This document shows, piece after piece, positions 10,403 through 19,454 of a DNA stretch of 64,000 nt. The translations under genes were made by a program, and so were the position numbers. Within the stretch, counting starts at the first letter, position 1, and each line of letters begins with the position of its first letter. The notes under the pieces are model-generated. The model had not been told where the DNA came from. It searched no databases and worked only from the letters and a program-made list of their open reading frames with translations. Origin of the DNA: an uncultured Gemmatimonadales bacterium. GTDB taxonomy: Bacteria; Gemmatimonadota; Gemmatimonadetes; Gemmatimonadales; Gemmatimonadaceae. The stretch is taken from contig CAVPQB010000006.1 in assembly GCA_963707505.1 (NCBI GenBank), positions 288,001 through 352,000 on the forward strand, read 5' to 3'.

Positions 10403-10798
10403 GGGAGTGCCACCGGCTGGGCGGTCGCGAAATAGTATCTCAATGGTACTATTCCGAGGAAAGTCCGGGCTCCATGGACACACTGCCAGGTAACACCTGG
10501 GCACGAGGCGGTCAAACGCCAAGTGACGGACAGTGCAACAGAAAACAAACCGCCGGCGGGAAACCATCGGTAAGGGTGAAACGGCGAGGTAAGAGCTCAC
10601 CGCGTACGTGGTAACACGTACGGCTTGGCAAACCCCAGTGGGAGCAAGGCCAAATAGGCGGCGAAGGGTGTCCACCCTGACAAAGACGCCGCGGGTAGGC
10701 TGCTGGAACGCGTGGGTGACTACGCGTCGAGAGAAATGACCGTCAGCCAGTCGAAAGGCTTGGCTTACAGAACCCGGCTTATAGGCCGGTGGCACCTC
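10403..10798 (+). ncRNA. rnpB: RNase P RNA (type A)
   Basis: GAGGAAAGTCCGGGCTC, AGTGCAACAGAAA, GGGTGAAACGG, ACAGAACCCGGCTTA conserved segments; P1 pairing GTGCCACCGGC/GCCGGTGGCAC; -10-like TAGATT at 10395. Confidence 0.97.
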
Positions 10799-10815
10799 TC
10801 GCACTTCAAGGTCCG

Positions 10816-11613
10816 ATGATGAAACTGAGCGGGATGGCGAGCATATTGGGCACCGTGTTCATGGCTGCATGCGTGTCCGCTCCGCCAGCAATTGAGCCAA
10901 CACCAGCAAACAGGCCTGAAGTCAATCCGGCTCAGCCGAAGTCGCAACCCGCGCCAACAGCTCCCGCACTTCCAGCACGCATGTCACGAGGTGGCCCGTG
11001 GAGTTTCACGTACGCGCCAGGGACTTACGCATACACGATCGTTACCGACGCTGTCATTGCACTGGCTCTCGATACGACACAGAAACGGCAGATTCCAGAG
11101 CTGAGTCAGAAAGCAACGATCTCTCTTTCCGCGTCGGGCGACTTACAGGTAGTAGATCCAGTTCCTGGTACTACCGCGTTGTGTGACAGCAGCTCTGCGT
11201 TGATAACACGCGCCCAGGAACTCATCTCAAAGTTGCCCAATCAGCTGGCAGTCGGCGATCGGTGGCGGGACTCAACAACTACGACAGGGTGCAGGGGGAC
11301 CATTCCAGCCGAGTCAACCGTAATCAGTAATTACATCGTCGTTGGAGACACAGCTTTCGCAAATACTGTAGCGCTTCAGATACATCGTACAGATTCCCTA
11401 TCCGCAACCGGCGAGGGGACTGAAGGGCAACATCGAATCATCGTTACCGCAACTGGAACTGGCGGAATGGATCTCTTCCTGGACACTGCCGCCGGCAGAT
11501 TGCTTGGCTCCCGTGGACTTCAGACCAGTCTCGTGAATATCACTACGTCAGGAAAGCTGACGCAGTTCATTCAACACGTTACCGAAACAGCGACCATCGC
11601 CGGTCTTCGGTAA
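10816..11613 (+). CDS. Hypothetical lipoprotein, beta-rich
   Basis: FMAAC lipobox, Pro-rich linker; start placed downstream of the rnpB end. Confidence 0.65.
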   Translation: MMKLSGMASILGTVFMAACVSAPPAIEPTPANRPEVNPAQPKSQPAPTAPALPARMSRGGPWSFTYAPGTYAYTIVTDAVIALALDTTQKRQIPELSQKATISLSASGDLQVVDPVPGTTALCDSSSALITRAQELISKLPNQLAVGDRWRDSTTTTGCRGTIPAESTVISNYIVVGDTAFANTVALQIHRTDSLSATGEGTEGQHRIIVTATGTGGMDLFLDTAAGRLLGSRGLQTSLVNITTSGKLTQFIQHVTETATIAGLR

Positions 11614-11616
11614 GAC

Positions 11617-12729
11617 TCAATCCATCAATCGTAGCGGCATTACGAGGCACATATACGTCGCCGGATCGGTCCAGCCTTCTGGTTCAATCGTGGCGGCGCG
11701 CTCTGGTGCTTTGAACGTGAGCTTGATCTCATCAGTCGGCATGAAGCGCAGGATCTCGAGCAGATAGCTTGCGTTGAATCCAATCTCCAACTGATCACCG
11801 TCGTAGCGAATCGGAAGTTCATCCTGTGCTTCGCCGAGATCCGGAGTCGTAACGCTGAACTTGAGCATTCCGGAATTGAAGGCCATGCGGATTCTGTGCG
11901 TCTGATCGCTGGCGATCACTGACATGCGCTTCAGCGCACTGATCAACGCATTCTTGTCGGCTATGGCGTACTTGTCGTTGTCGCGAGGAATTACCTGATC
12001 GTAGTTGGGGTAGGGCCCTTCGATCAGGCGCGTGTATACGGCAGTGAGTGGTGAGCGAAAACCGATGTGATTCTCTCCACGTGCAACTTCCAGTTCCTCT
12101 TCAGCTGGAAAAAGACGGCGTACCTGCTCCAACGCCTTCGGTGGAACAATCAGATCGCTAGCCGGCGCGCTACTCGCAACAATCGGGGTTTCCATCTTCG
12201 CGAGACGATGACCGTTGGTGGCAACCATCCGCATCTGCTCCGGGCGAAGCTCCCAGAGCACACCATTCAGGATCGGTCGGCTCTCCTCAGTTGAAACAGC
12301 AAATACGGTCGCACCGATGAGCTTCTGAAGATCACCTGACTTGATACGCCAGCTCTCGTTGAAACGAACAACGGGAAAAGTCGGAAATTCATCTCTCGGA
12401 AGGCCGAGCAATTTGAATTTCGATCGACCGCACTCGAGTGTGATCCGCTGCTCGCCGAGAGCTGCAATTTTCACTGGCGCAGGCGGTAACTCACGGGCGA
12501 GCTCGCTCAGTTTTTTCGCTGGAATCGTAACAGCACCCGAAGCTTCGACGTCAGCCGCGACTTCGGTGCTCACGGCTATATCCAGATCGGTCCCAGAAAG
12601 CCTTATACCGCGGTCAGTTGTCTCGACCAGGATATTCGCCAGAACCGGGAGAGTTGTCTTCGTGGGAATGCTTGCCGAGACGGCATTGAGGCCTTCCTGA
12701 AGCTTCTCACGAGAGATCGTAAAGCGCAT
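11617..12729 (-). CDS. dnaN: DNA polymerase III beta sliding clamp
   Basis: MRFTI start, ATNGHRL, LIEGPYPNY, C-terminal LVMPLR; 370 aa. Confidence 0.99.
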   Translation of the reverse strand: MRFTISREKLQEGLNAVSASIPTKTTLPVLANILVETTDRGIRLSGTDLDIAVSTEVAADVEASGAVTIPAKKLSELARELPPAPVKIAALGEQRITLECGRSKFKLLGLPRDEFPTFPVVRFNESWRIKSGDLQKLIGATVFAVSTEESRPILNGVLWELRPEQMRMVATNGHRLAKMETPIVASSAPASDLIVPPKALEQVRRLFPAEEELEVARGENHIGFRSPLTAVYTRLIEGPYPNYDQVIPRDNDKYAIADKNALISALKRMSVIASDQTHRIRMAFNSGMLKFSVTTPDLGEAQDELPIRYDGDQLEIGFNASYLLEILRFMPTDEIKLTFKAPERAATIEPEGWTDPATYMCLVMPLRLMD

Positions 12730-13027
12730 CCGTATTCCCTGACGTCCGAGGAGGAGAGTAAACGTACCATGTCGCTTGTCCGGGGTCTTCGTGTGGAAGA
12801 CTCGCCGGCTCTAATACAGCCTAAATGATATAGAAATCTAGCAGTCGTAGTAGAGGAGTGTTCAGAAGCGGATAAGCTCTGTAAGTATCGATTCCATATG
12901 GAGTTCCAGCGATATGACGCTGTGGAACACTGGTGGAGAACATTTGATTTCAACAATTGTCAACATCGAACCTTTCCAACTAACGGCTTCGTGTCTTGAT
13001 ATAAGTGGATAAGTGGCAAGCGTTTGT
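12730..13027. other. Probable oriC (dnaA-dnaN intergenic region)
   Basis: Co-oriented degenerate DnaA boxes at 12792, 12867, 12921, 12932, 13004; trio-like TAG CAG TCG TAG TAG at 12839-12853 next to an AT-rich tract (12811-12840). Confidence 0.8.
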
Positions 13028-14431
13028 TCATATCCTGAGAGATGCCAACAGTCCACGAATCCGACTGATTCTCGTTCCCGTACCTGCGTCTGCGGCGATC
13101 ATCTCGGTGACTTTATCCAGGCTATGAATTACGGTCGAATGGTCTCTACCTCCGAAAGCCGCGCCAATCTCTACAAGCTGCATGCCGAGAAGGTCACGCG
13201 TCAGGTACATCGCAATCTGCCTGGGCACCGTGAGTGCCTTGGTTCGCGTCTTCGACCGCAATCCGTCGACTGTGGTTCCCCACTCCTTTGCAACAGCAAC
13301 CTGAATTGCGCTGACTGTAAGACCAAGTGGCTCTGTATCAGCCGTTATGCTCTCGGAAGCTTTGAGCTTGTCCCGTAAGGCTTCCTTGGCAACCTCGACG
13401 CTTACCGGTTTGTGTCGGAGCGACGCATAAGCCAGGAGCTTGATAATGGACCCTTCGAGCTCGCGAACACTCGACCGCACGTGCTCGGCGATAAAGCGGA
13501 TAACATCATCCGGGATCGTGGTTTCGAGATCATCCTGTTGAGATTTTTGCTGAAGGATCGCGATTCTGTGCTCGAAATCGGGAAGCTCGATATCAGCGAC
13601 CATACCCCACTGGAATCGGCTTACAAGTCTGGCCTCGAGTCCCGCTATGTCAGACGGAGGACGATCGCTCGTGAGGATTATCTGACGACCGGCCTCGTAA
13701 AGGGCGTTGAACGTGTGAAAGAACTCCTCCTGAGTGCCCTCCTTTCCCTTCAGGAAGTGCACGTCGTCGATGAGAAGAAGATCGGTCTCGCGATAACGGC
13801 GCCGGAACTCGTGATTGGTCCGAGTCTGGATTGCGTTGACCATTTCGTTGGTGAACTGCTCGGTGCCGACGAAGGTGATGCGGGTGGAAGGATCGCGTTC
13901 GTAGATAGCATGCCCCACCGCCTGCATGAGATGGGTCTTTCCGAGGCCGGTATCGCCGTAGATGAAAAACGGGTTGTAGATCTTTCCGGGCGCCTCAGCG
14001 ATTGCGTGTGCGGCAGCAGCAGCGAGCTCGTTCGATTTGCCGATTACAAATTGCGCGAACGTGTATCTATCGTTAAGTGGCGCCTCGGTGGCGCGTTGAG
14101 GTCGCGATCGTGTCGCAGTTTCTTCGGGCTTTGGGGCCACGAAGAAGTCCATTTGAGGGCGAGCCTGTCGCTCTTCGTTGACGCGGAATGCGACTTTGAT
14201 TGGATGGCCGAGGGCAACTGGTCCAAACGAGCTCAGCAAGGCTGCGTGTTTTGACTCGTTCCAATCAGCTGCGAAGCGGTCGGGGGCTCCGACTACGAGT
14301 GTATCGCCGATTATTTCGAGAGCTTCGGTCGGTTCGAGCCAGGTTTTGAAGGTTTGTTCGGGCAACTCGCGCCGAGCGCGCTCCAGAAGGCGTGACCAGA
14401 TTTCGGCGGGGAGAAGATCGAGCGATTCCAT
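13028..14431 (-). CDS. dnaA: Chromosomal replication initiator DnaA
   Basis: YNPFFIYGDTGLGKTHL, QEEFFHTFN, RELEG, GGRDHSTVIH. Confidence 0.99.
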   Translation of the reverse strand: MESLDLLPAEIWSRLLERARRELPEQTFKTWLEPTEALEIIGDTLVVGAPDRFAADWNESKHAALLSSFGPVALGHPIKVAFRVNEERQARPQMDFFVAPKPEETATRSRPQRATEAPLNDRYTFAQFVIGKSNELAAAAAHAIAEAPGKIYNPFFIYGDTGLGKTHLMQAVGHAIYERDPSTRITFVGTEQFTNEMVNAIQTRTNHEFRRRYRETDLLLIDDVHFLKGKEGTQEEFFHTFNALYEAGRQIILTSDRPPSDIAGLEARLVSRFQWGMVADIELPDFEHRIAILQQKSQQDDLETTIPDDVIRFIAEHVRSSVRELEGSIIKLLAYASLRHKPVSVEVAKEALRDKLKASESITADTEPLGLTVSAIQVAVAKEWGTTVDGLRSKTRTKALTVPRQIAMYLTRDLLGMQLVEIGAAFGGRDHSTVIHSLDKVTEMIAADAGTGTRISRIRGLLASLRI

Positions 14432-14460
14432 ATGGTGGGGAGGCGAAGCTACGGAACGAA

Positions 14461-14469
14461 TGTGGATAA
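14461..14469 (-). promoter_or_regulatory. Perfect DnaA box (TTATCCACA) upstream of dnaA
   Basis: TGTGGATAA on the + strand, 30 bp upstream of the dnaA start. Confidence 0.8.
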
Positions 14470-14609
14470 GTCAATCACCGGCGTTCAAGGGTCTGGATCC
14501 ATGGTGAGCCGGCACATTTACGCTATTGTTGCATCTTGTTGCCGCCATTAGATTTAACGGTCTTTCGCTAAAGTTGTTCAAGAGCCGTTTAGAGCACTGA
14601 GGATCATAT

Positions 14610-14774
14610 ATGGGTAAGCCGACTTATCGTCCGCGTAATAAGCGCCGGATCAAGACGCATGGGTTTCGCGAGCGTATGTCAACGCGTTGGGGACGTGAAG
14701 TACTCGCGCGTCGTCGCAAGAAGGGTCGCAAGCGCCTGACGGTTCAGTTGCCGTCGAAGTACTCTGGCGCGTAA
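14610..14774 (+). CDS. rpmH: 50S ribosomal protein L34 (not in the ORF track)
   Basis: Manual translation [54 protein letters not shown]; divergent from dnaA. Confidence 0.97.
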   Translation: MGKPTYRPRNKRRIKTHGFRERMSTRWGREVLARRRKKGRKRLTVQLPSKYSGA

Positions 14775-14881
14775 GCAAGCGAAGTACGCAGCCGGCTGAC
14801 AGGTCGCAGCACGCACCTGCAGACGAGGCGGGAGGGAGGGGTCTTCGGCTTTCGAACTCAACGGCACAACCAACGTCGCAT

Positions 14882-15223
14882 TTGAGGTTTTCGCGCGCGC
14901 AGCGTTTATCGCGCGCGCCGGATATCGAGTCCGTCAGGCGAACGGGGAAGCGGGTGAAGTCTGGACTGCTGGACGTCCGGGTCACTGCTTCCCCGTCTTC
15001 GTGTGCGCGGGTTGGGATCATTGTGCCGAAGTATGGGCACATCATTGTCGATCGGAACCGGCTTCGGCGGCGCATACGGGAGATAGTGCGTGTGCACGTG
15101 CTTCCGGTGCTGTTGTCGGTGCCGCCGACGGACGTGCTGATCCGCGCGCTTCCGCGGGCCTATTCGGCTAGCTTTGAGGTGCTGGAGCGGGAGATAGATG
15201 GGATTGTCGCACGAATCACATGA
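14882..15223 (+). CDS. rnpA: RNase P protein component
   Basis: [25 protein letters not shown] (RNR motif); synteny. Confidence 0.93.
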   Translation: MRFSRAQRLSRAPDIESVRRTGKRVKSGLLDVRVTASPSSCARVGIIVPKYGHIIVDRNRLRRRIREIVRVHVLPVLLSVPPTDVLIRALPRAYSASFEVLEREIDGIVARIT

Positions 15224-15530
15224 CGGTCAGGAGGCGAATGCGCATCTTCACGAGCATCCGTCCGATGGCCATCATGGACTGAAGAAAGATCGAGCTTTGA
15301 CGGATCGCAGGCGGTCTGTGGCAATGTGGATGCTACGCGGACCGATCCGATTCTATCAGCTCGCCATATCGCCAATGACGCCGTCCGTATGTCGTTACTA
15401 TCCCAGTTGCTCCAATTATGCGATCGAGGCCATCGACAAGTACGGTGCCTTGAAAGGCGGGTGGCTGGCGATACGGCGCATACTGAGATGTCATCCTTTT
15501 CGGCCGGGCGGCTTCGATCCGGTCCCTTGA
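15198..15530 (+). CDS. yidD: Membrane protein insertion efficiency factor (start uncertain)
   Basis: [18 protein letters not shown], [17 protein letters not shown]. Confidence 0.93.
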   Translation: MGLSHESHDGQEANAHLHEHPSDGHHGLKKDRALTDRRRSVAMWMLRGPIRFYQLAISPMTPSVCRYYPSCSNYAIEAIDKYGALKGGWLAIRRILRCHPFRPGGFDPVP

Positions 15531-15544
15531 GCTCGCACTGATTC

Positions 15545-17306
15545 ATGGATACAAGCAAGCGAATCGTTCTCGCCATCGTACTGGCCCTGGCGGTCATCTT
15601 TGGAATGCAGTTTCTATTTCCCCAGAAACCTCAGCCCAAGCCAGTTAGTAGCGCCGACAGCGCTGCGGTACACAATTCGGCAGAGAGCGCAAAGGTAAGC
15701 GCCAACACGCCGAGGATCGATTCGACAAAGGCTGCAGCGGTAATTCCTGGAGCGGCCGCTCAATCGGTTCCAGCCACAGCTGCCGAAACAACGATTGTTG
15801 CGCCTGTCGCTGCGCGGCGGGATAGTGGCGCGACCTTCGAAATGAGCAACGTTGGGGCTGCGCCTGGTGCGGTGGTGATGAATACGTACGCTAACCGTGT
15901 CGGTGGCAGCAACGGCGCGAAGGTGCGACTGGGCTCCGCGGGCAATCCGGTGCTTAAGTACCAATTAGTTACTAATGGTGGCCAGCCGACCGATCTATCT
16001 GGAACTGCATTTCAGACGACACGGTCCGGGGACGTTGTCACGTACACTGCGGACGTGGGTGGCTCGACAGTCGCGATCAATTACGCGATAGTGCCGGACA
16101 GCTTTGTATCGCATGTCACTGGTTCTGTGAGTGGCGCGAAGTCGGGGAGCTATCTCGTCGTTACGCTGCCGCAGACTTTTGCGGCGACGGAGCCGGACAC
16201 GAACGACGACCGCAACTCGCTTGCGTTCGCATTCCTCACCAAGCGTGAAGCTGCGCGGAACGTCTCGTTCCATTCGCTCGATCCTGGCGAGAAGCAGCTG
16301 GTAGAAGGGCCGGTGACGTGGATCGTGGCCAAGTCGAAGTATTTCGTTGTCGGGACTGCTGGCACCGAAGAATGGGCCGGAATTTACCGAGGCAACGCTC
16401 ATCGGCGGGCCGCGCACGACCAAGGTCGCGACGCGCGCTACGGGAACGGTGGTGATACCGATAGCGAATGGTGCGTTCGCGTTCGACATGTATGCGGGCC
16501 CGCAGGAGTGGAAGAAGCTCAACGCACTTGGCCGCGACTTCGATCAGGTGAATCCGTACGGATGGGCGTTCGTGCGGCCGCTGATGCAACCGATTGCGAC
16601 ATCGGTGATTCGTCTGGTGCTGTGGATGCACAGCGCGCTCAATCTGAGCTATGGACTGGTTCTCATCGCGCTCGGGCTTCTAATCCGGTTGTTGATGTGG
16701 CCGTTGTATCAGACATCGATGAAGACGTCGATCAAGATGCAGATCCTGCAGCCGGAGCTGACGGCGGTGCAGGACAAGTTCAAGGACGATCCGGAGAAGC
16801 AGCGGACTGAAATCATGAAGGTGTACCAGAGCCACGGGATGAATCCGCTCTCGCCGTTGCTCGGGTGTCTTCCTTCGCTGTTGCCGATGCCGATTCTGCT
16901 CGCGCTGTTCTTCGTGTTCAGGAACACGATCGAATTTCGCGGAGTTCCGTTCTGGTGGATGAGCGATCTATCGGTGCGGGATCCGTACTACATCCTTCCG
17001 TTGCTGATGGGTGCGTCGATGTATCTCATCTCGTGGATGGGAATGCGGAACACGCCGCCGAATCCGCAGGCGAAGATGATGAGCTACATAATGCCGGCGA
17101 TGTTCACGCTCTTCCTTTACAGGGAGGCAGCTGGACTCAACCTGTATTACGCGACGCAGAACCTTGCGACTCTGCCGCAGCAGTGGCATCTGTCGCGTAC
17201 GCGCGGGATGAGCAAGCCAAAGACTGGTGCGGCGGCCAAGGAAGTCGCAGCACCGTCGGCGCCGCCGGCGGCGAAGGGAAAGGCAAAGGCAAAGGATAAG
17301 GGGTAG
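15545..17306 (+). CDS. yidC: Membrane protein insertase YidC; one apparent frameshift near 16352 (extra G)
   Basis: N-terminal TM and periplasmic domain in ORF 15545; LQPEL, GCLP, WMSDLSVRDPYYILP in ORF 16347; removing one G in GTCGGGACTG joins the frames. Confidence 0.93.
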
Positions 17307-17340
17307 CATCGATCGGCGCGTGGTTGATGTAGGTTAAGGG

Positions 17341-18120
17341 ATGCGGATCACGTACATCGGGCATGCGACTCTGCTGATCGAGATCGGTGGGAAGAAGATT
17401 CTCACCGACCCCAATTTCGATCCAGCGCTGGGGCGATTTCTGGCTCGGGTGAGTGCGCCGGGGATTGCAATCGACAAGCTGCCGAAGCTGGACATGATTC
17501 TGCTGACGCACGCACATGCTGATCACCTGTCGTTCCGGTCGCTGGCGGAGATTCAGCGCGTGCCGTTATATGCCCCACCTGCCGTTGCGCGGTGGATCCG
17601 CAAGCATGGTGTGACAAACGCAATCGAACTGGGGCCTGGCGAGTCGCTTACGAGCGGCAGCCTCACGGTGCACGTGGAAGCGGCGACGCATGCTGGTAAC
17701 CGGTACGTGATAGATCGGTGGCGCAAGCAAGCTAATATGTATCTAATTGCTACTAATTATGAGAGCGTGTTCTTCGCTGGCGATACTGCGCTTACGGAGA
17801 ATACGACTGCGCTCGTGGAGCGAGAGCAGAAGGGGCGCCAGCTGGACGTCGCGCTGCTCCCGATTGGGTACGCACCAGCGTGGAAGGCCGAGAGCTTCAA
17901 TAGAGGCCATCTTACGAGCCTGGGCGCGCTAACGCTGTTCGAGCGATTAGGCGCACGGTATCTGATTCCGTACCACTGGGGGACGTTCAACCATGTGACT
18001 GCGTCGGCGTACGACGCGATAGGTGAAATGCGGGAGCACGTCAGGACACACGCGCGTGGCACCGACGTGCGCATTCTCGAGCCCGGTGAGTCCCTACAAG
18101 TGCCGTCGCTGTCTGCTTGA
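17341..18120 (+). CDS. MBL-fold metallo-hydrolase (UlaG/RomA-like)
   Basis: THAHADH, FAGDT, LPIG, PYHWGTF. Confidence 0.9.
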   Translation: MRITYIGHATLLIEIGGKKILTDPNFDPALGRFLARVSAPGIAIDKLPKLDMILLTHAHADHLSFRSLAEIQRVPLYAPPAVARWIRKHGVTNAIELGPGESLTSGSLTVHVEAATHAGNRYVIDRWRKQANMYLIATNYESVFFAGDTALTENTTALVEREQKGRQLDVALLPIGYAPAWKAESFNRGHLTSLGALTLFERLGARYLIPYHWGTFNHVTASAYDAIGEMREHVRTHARGTDVRILEPGESLQVPSLSA

Positions 18121-19454
18121 GTAGCGGCGAAGACGATACGATCGCGGCGGAGGCGACGGCTCACGGAAGGGGCGCCATCGCCGTGATTCGCGTTTCCGGA
18201 CCGGCCGCGTTCACGATCGTGAAGCGTCATGTAGCAACGTGGCCGGAAAATCAGCGCCAGGCAACGTTATGCACCATACGAGACGGGAATGGTGACGTGC
18301 TGGACGAGGCGCTTGTCACGACGTTCATAGCGCCGGCATCGTTTACCGGCGAGGATGTGGTCGAGATCGCCACGCACGGCGGCACGATAGTACCGACGCT
18401 CGTGCTGGCAGCGCTCGTTGCCTCGGGGGCGCGTGTTGCGCTACCGGGTGAATTTACGCGGCGGGCGGTATTGAACGGTAAGCTCGATCTGGTACAGGCA
18501 GAGGCGATCGGGGATCTCATCGATTCCACTTCACACGCGATGCAGCGAGTGGCGATGACGCAGCTCGACGGCGGCTTGTCGCGGCGGATCGAGGAGCTAC
18601 GGGACCGAGTGATCGGTCTGGAATCGCTGATTGCATACGACATCGACTTTCCCGAAGAGGACGACGGACCAATTCCGAAGTCGAGGATTACTGTTGCGAC
18701 GGAAAGTGTCATCGTATCGTTGAACGATCTACTCGCGACGGCACCGGCGGGAGAGCTGGTGCGGAATGGAGCGCTGGTCGTGATCGCGGGTGCACCAAAT
18801 GCGGGGAAGTCATCACTGTTCAATGCGATGCTGGGCCGGTCGCGTGCTATCGTCACCGAGATCCCCGGGACGACCCGGGACGCGATCGAAGCTGTGCTCG
18901 ATGTCGGACCCTGGCCGGTTCGATTGGTGGATACGGCGGGGTTGCGCGAAACGACGGACGTCGTCGAGCGGCTTGGGATCGAGGTGGCAACGCGGTATCT
19001 CGCATCGGCAGACGCCGTGCTCGCATGCGGTGACAGTGCCGACGACGTGTCACGGACAACTGCCGCTGTATCACAGCTGACGGACGCGCCAGTGATTCCG
19101 GTGCGGACGAAAAGCGATCTCTCGCCATCTGCCGAACCAAACATGGTGAGCGCAACGACTGGACAGGGTATACGCGAGCTTCTCGATACGGTTGCCGGAG
19201 CGGTATCGGAGCGTTATGGAAGAGCGCCACTGGATGCTCCCATCCTTACACGAGAGCGGCAACGTTTTTGTGTGGAACAGGCACGCGAGGAGATGGTCGC
19301 TTTTGCGGCTGCGATTGAAGATGAAGGGTTGCCGGCGTCGGTCGCGGCGGTGCATCTTCGCAGTGCTGTCAACGCGCTGGCAGACGTAACTGGCACAATC
19401 GACGTGGAGGACGTCCTGGATCGTCTCTTCCGAACGTTCTGCGTGGGCAAATGA
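18117..19454 (+). CDS. mnmE: tRNA modification GTPase MnmE/TrmE
   Basis: SFTGEDVVE, GEFTRRA, GAPNAGKSS, PGTTRD, DTAG, C-terminal FCVGK. Confidence 0.98.
   Translation: MSSGEDDTIAAEATAHGRGAIAVIRVSGPAAFTIVKRHVATWPENQRQATLCTIRDGNGDVLDEALVTTFIAPASFTGEDVVEIATHGGTIVPTLVLAALVASGARVALPGEFTRRAVLNGKLDLVQAEAIGDLIDSTSHAMQRVAMTQLDGGLSRRIEELRDRVIGLESLIAYDIDFPEEDDGPIPKSRITVATESVIVSLNDLLATAPAGELVRNGALVVIAGAPNAGKSSLFNAMLGRSRAIVTEIPGTTRDAIEAVLDVGPWPVRLVDTAGLRETTDVVERLGIEVATRYLASADAVLACGDSADDVSRTTAAVSQLTDAPVIPVRTKSDLSPSAEPNMVSATTGQGIRELLDTVAGAVSERYGRAPLDAPILTRERQRFCVEQAREEMVAFAAAIEDEGLPASVAAVHLRSAVNALADVTGTIDVEDVLDRLFRTFCVGK

Noticed and set aside
10400..10804. 134-aa ORF on the - strand and other short ORFs over this region
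   Set aside because: Shadow ORFs over rnpB
16340..16360. Programmed frameshifting in yidC or the other split genes
   Set aside because: No slippery heptamer or stimulatory structure seen; indels are scattered and error-like
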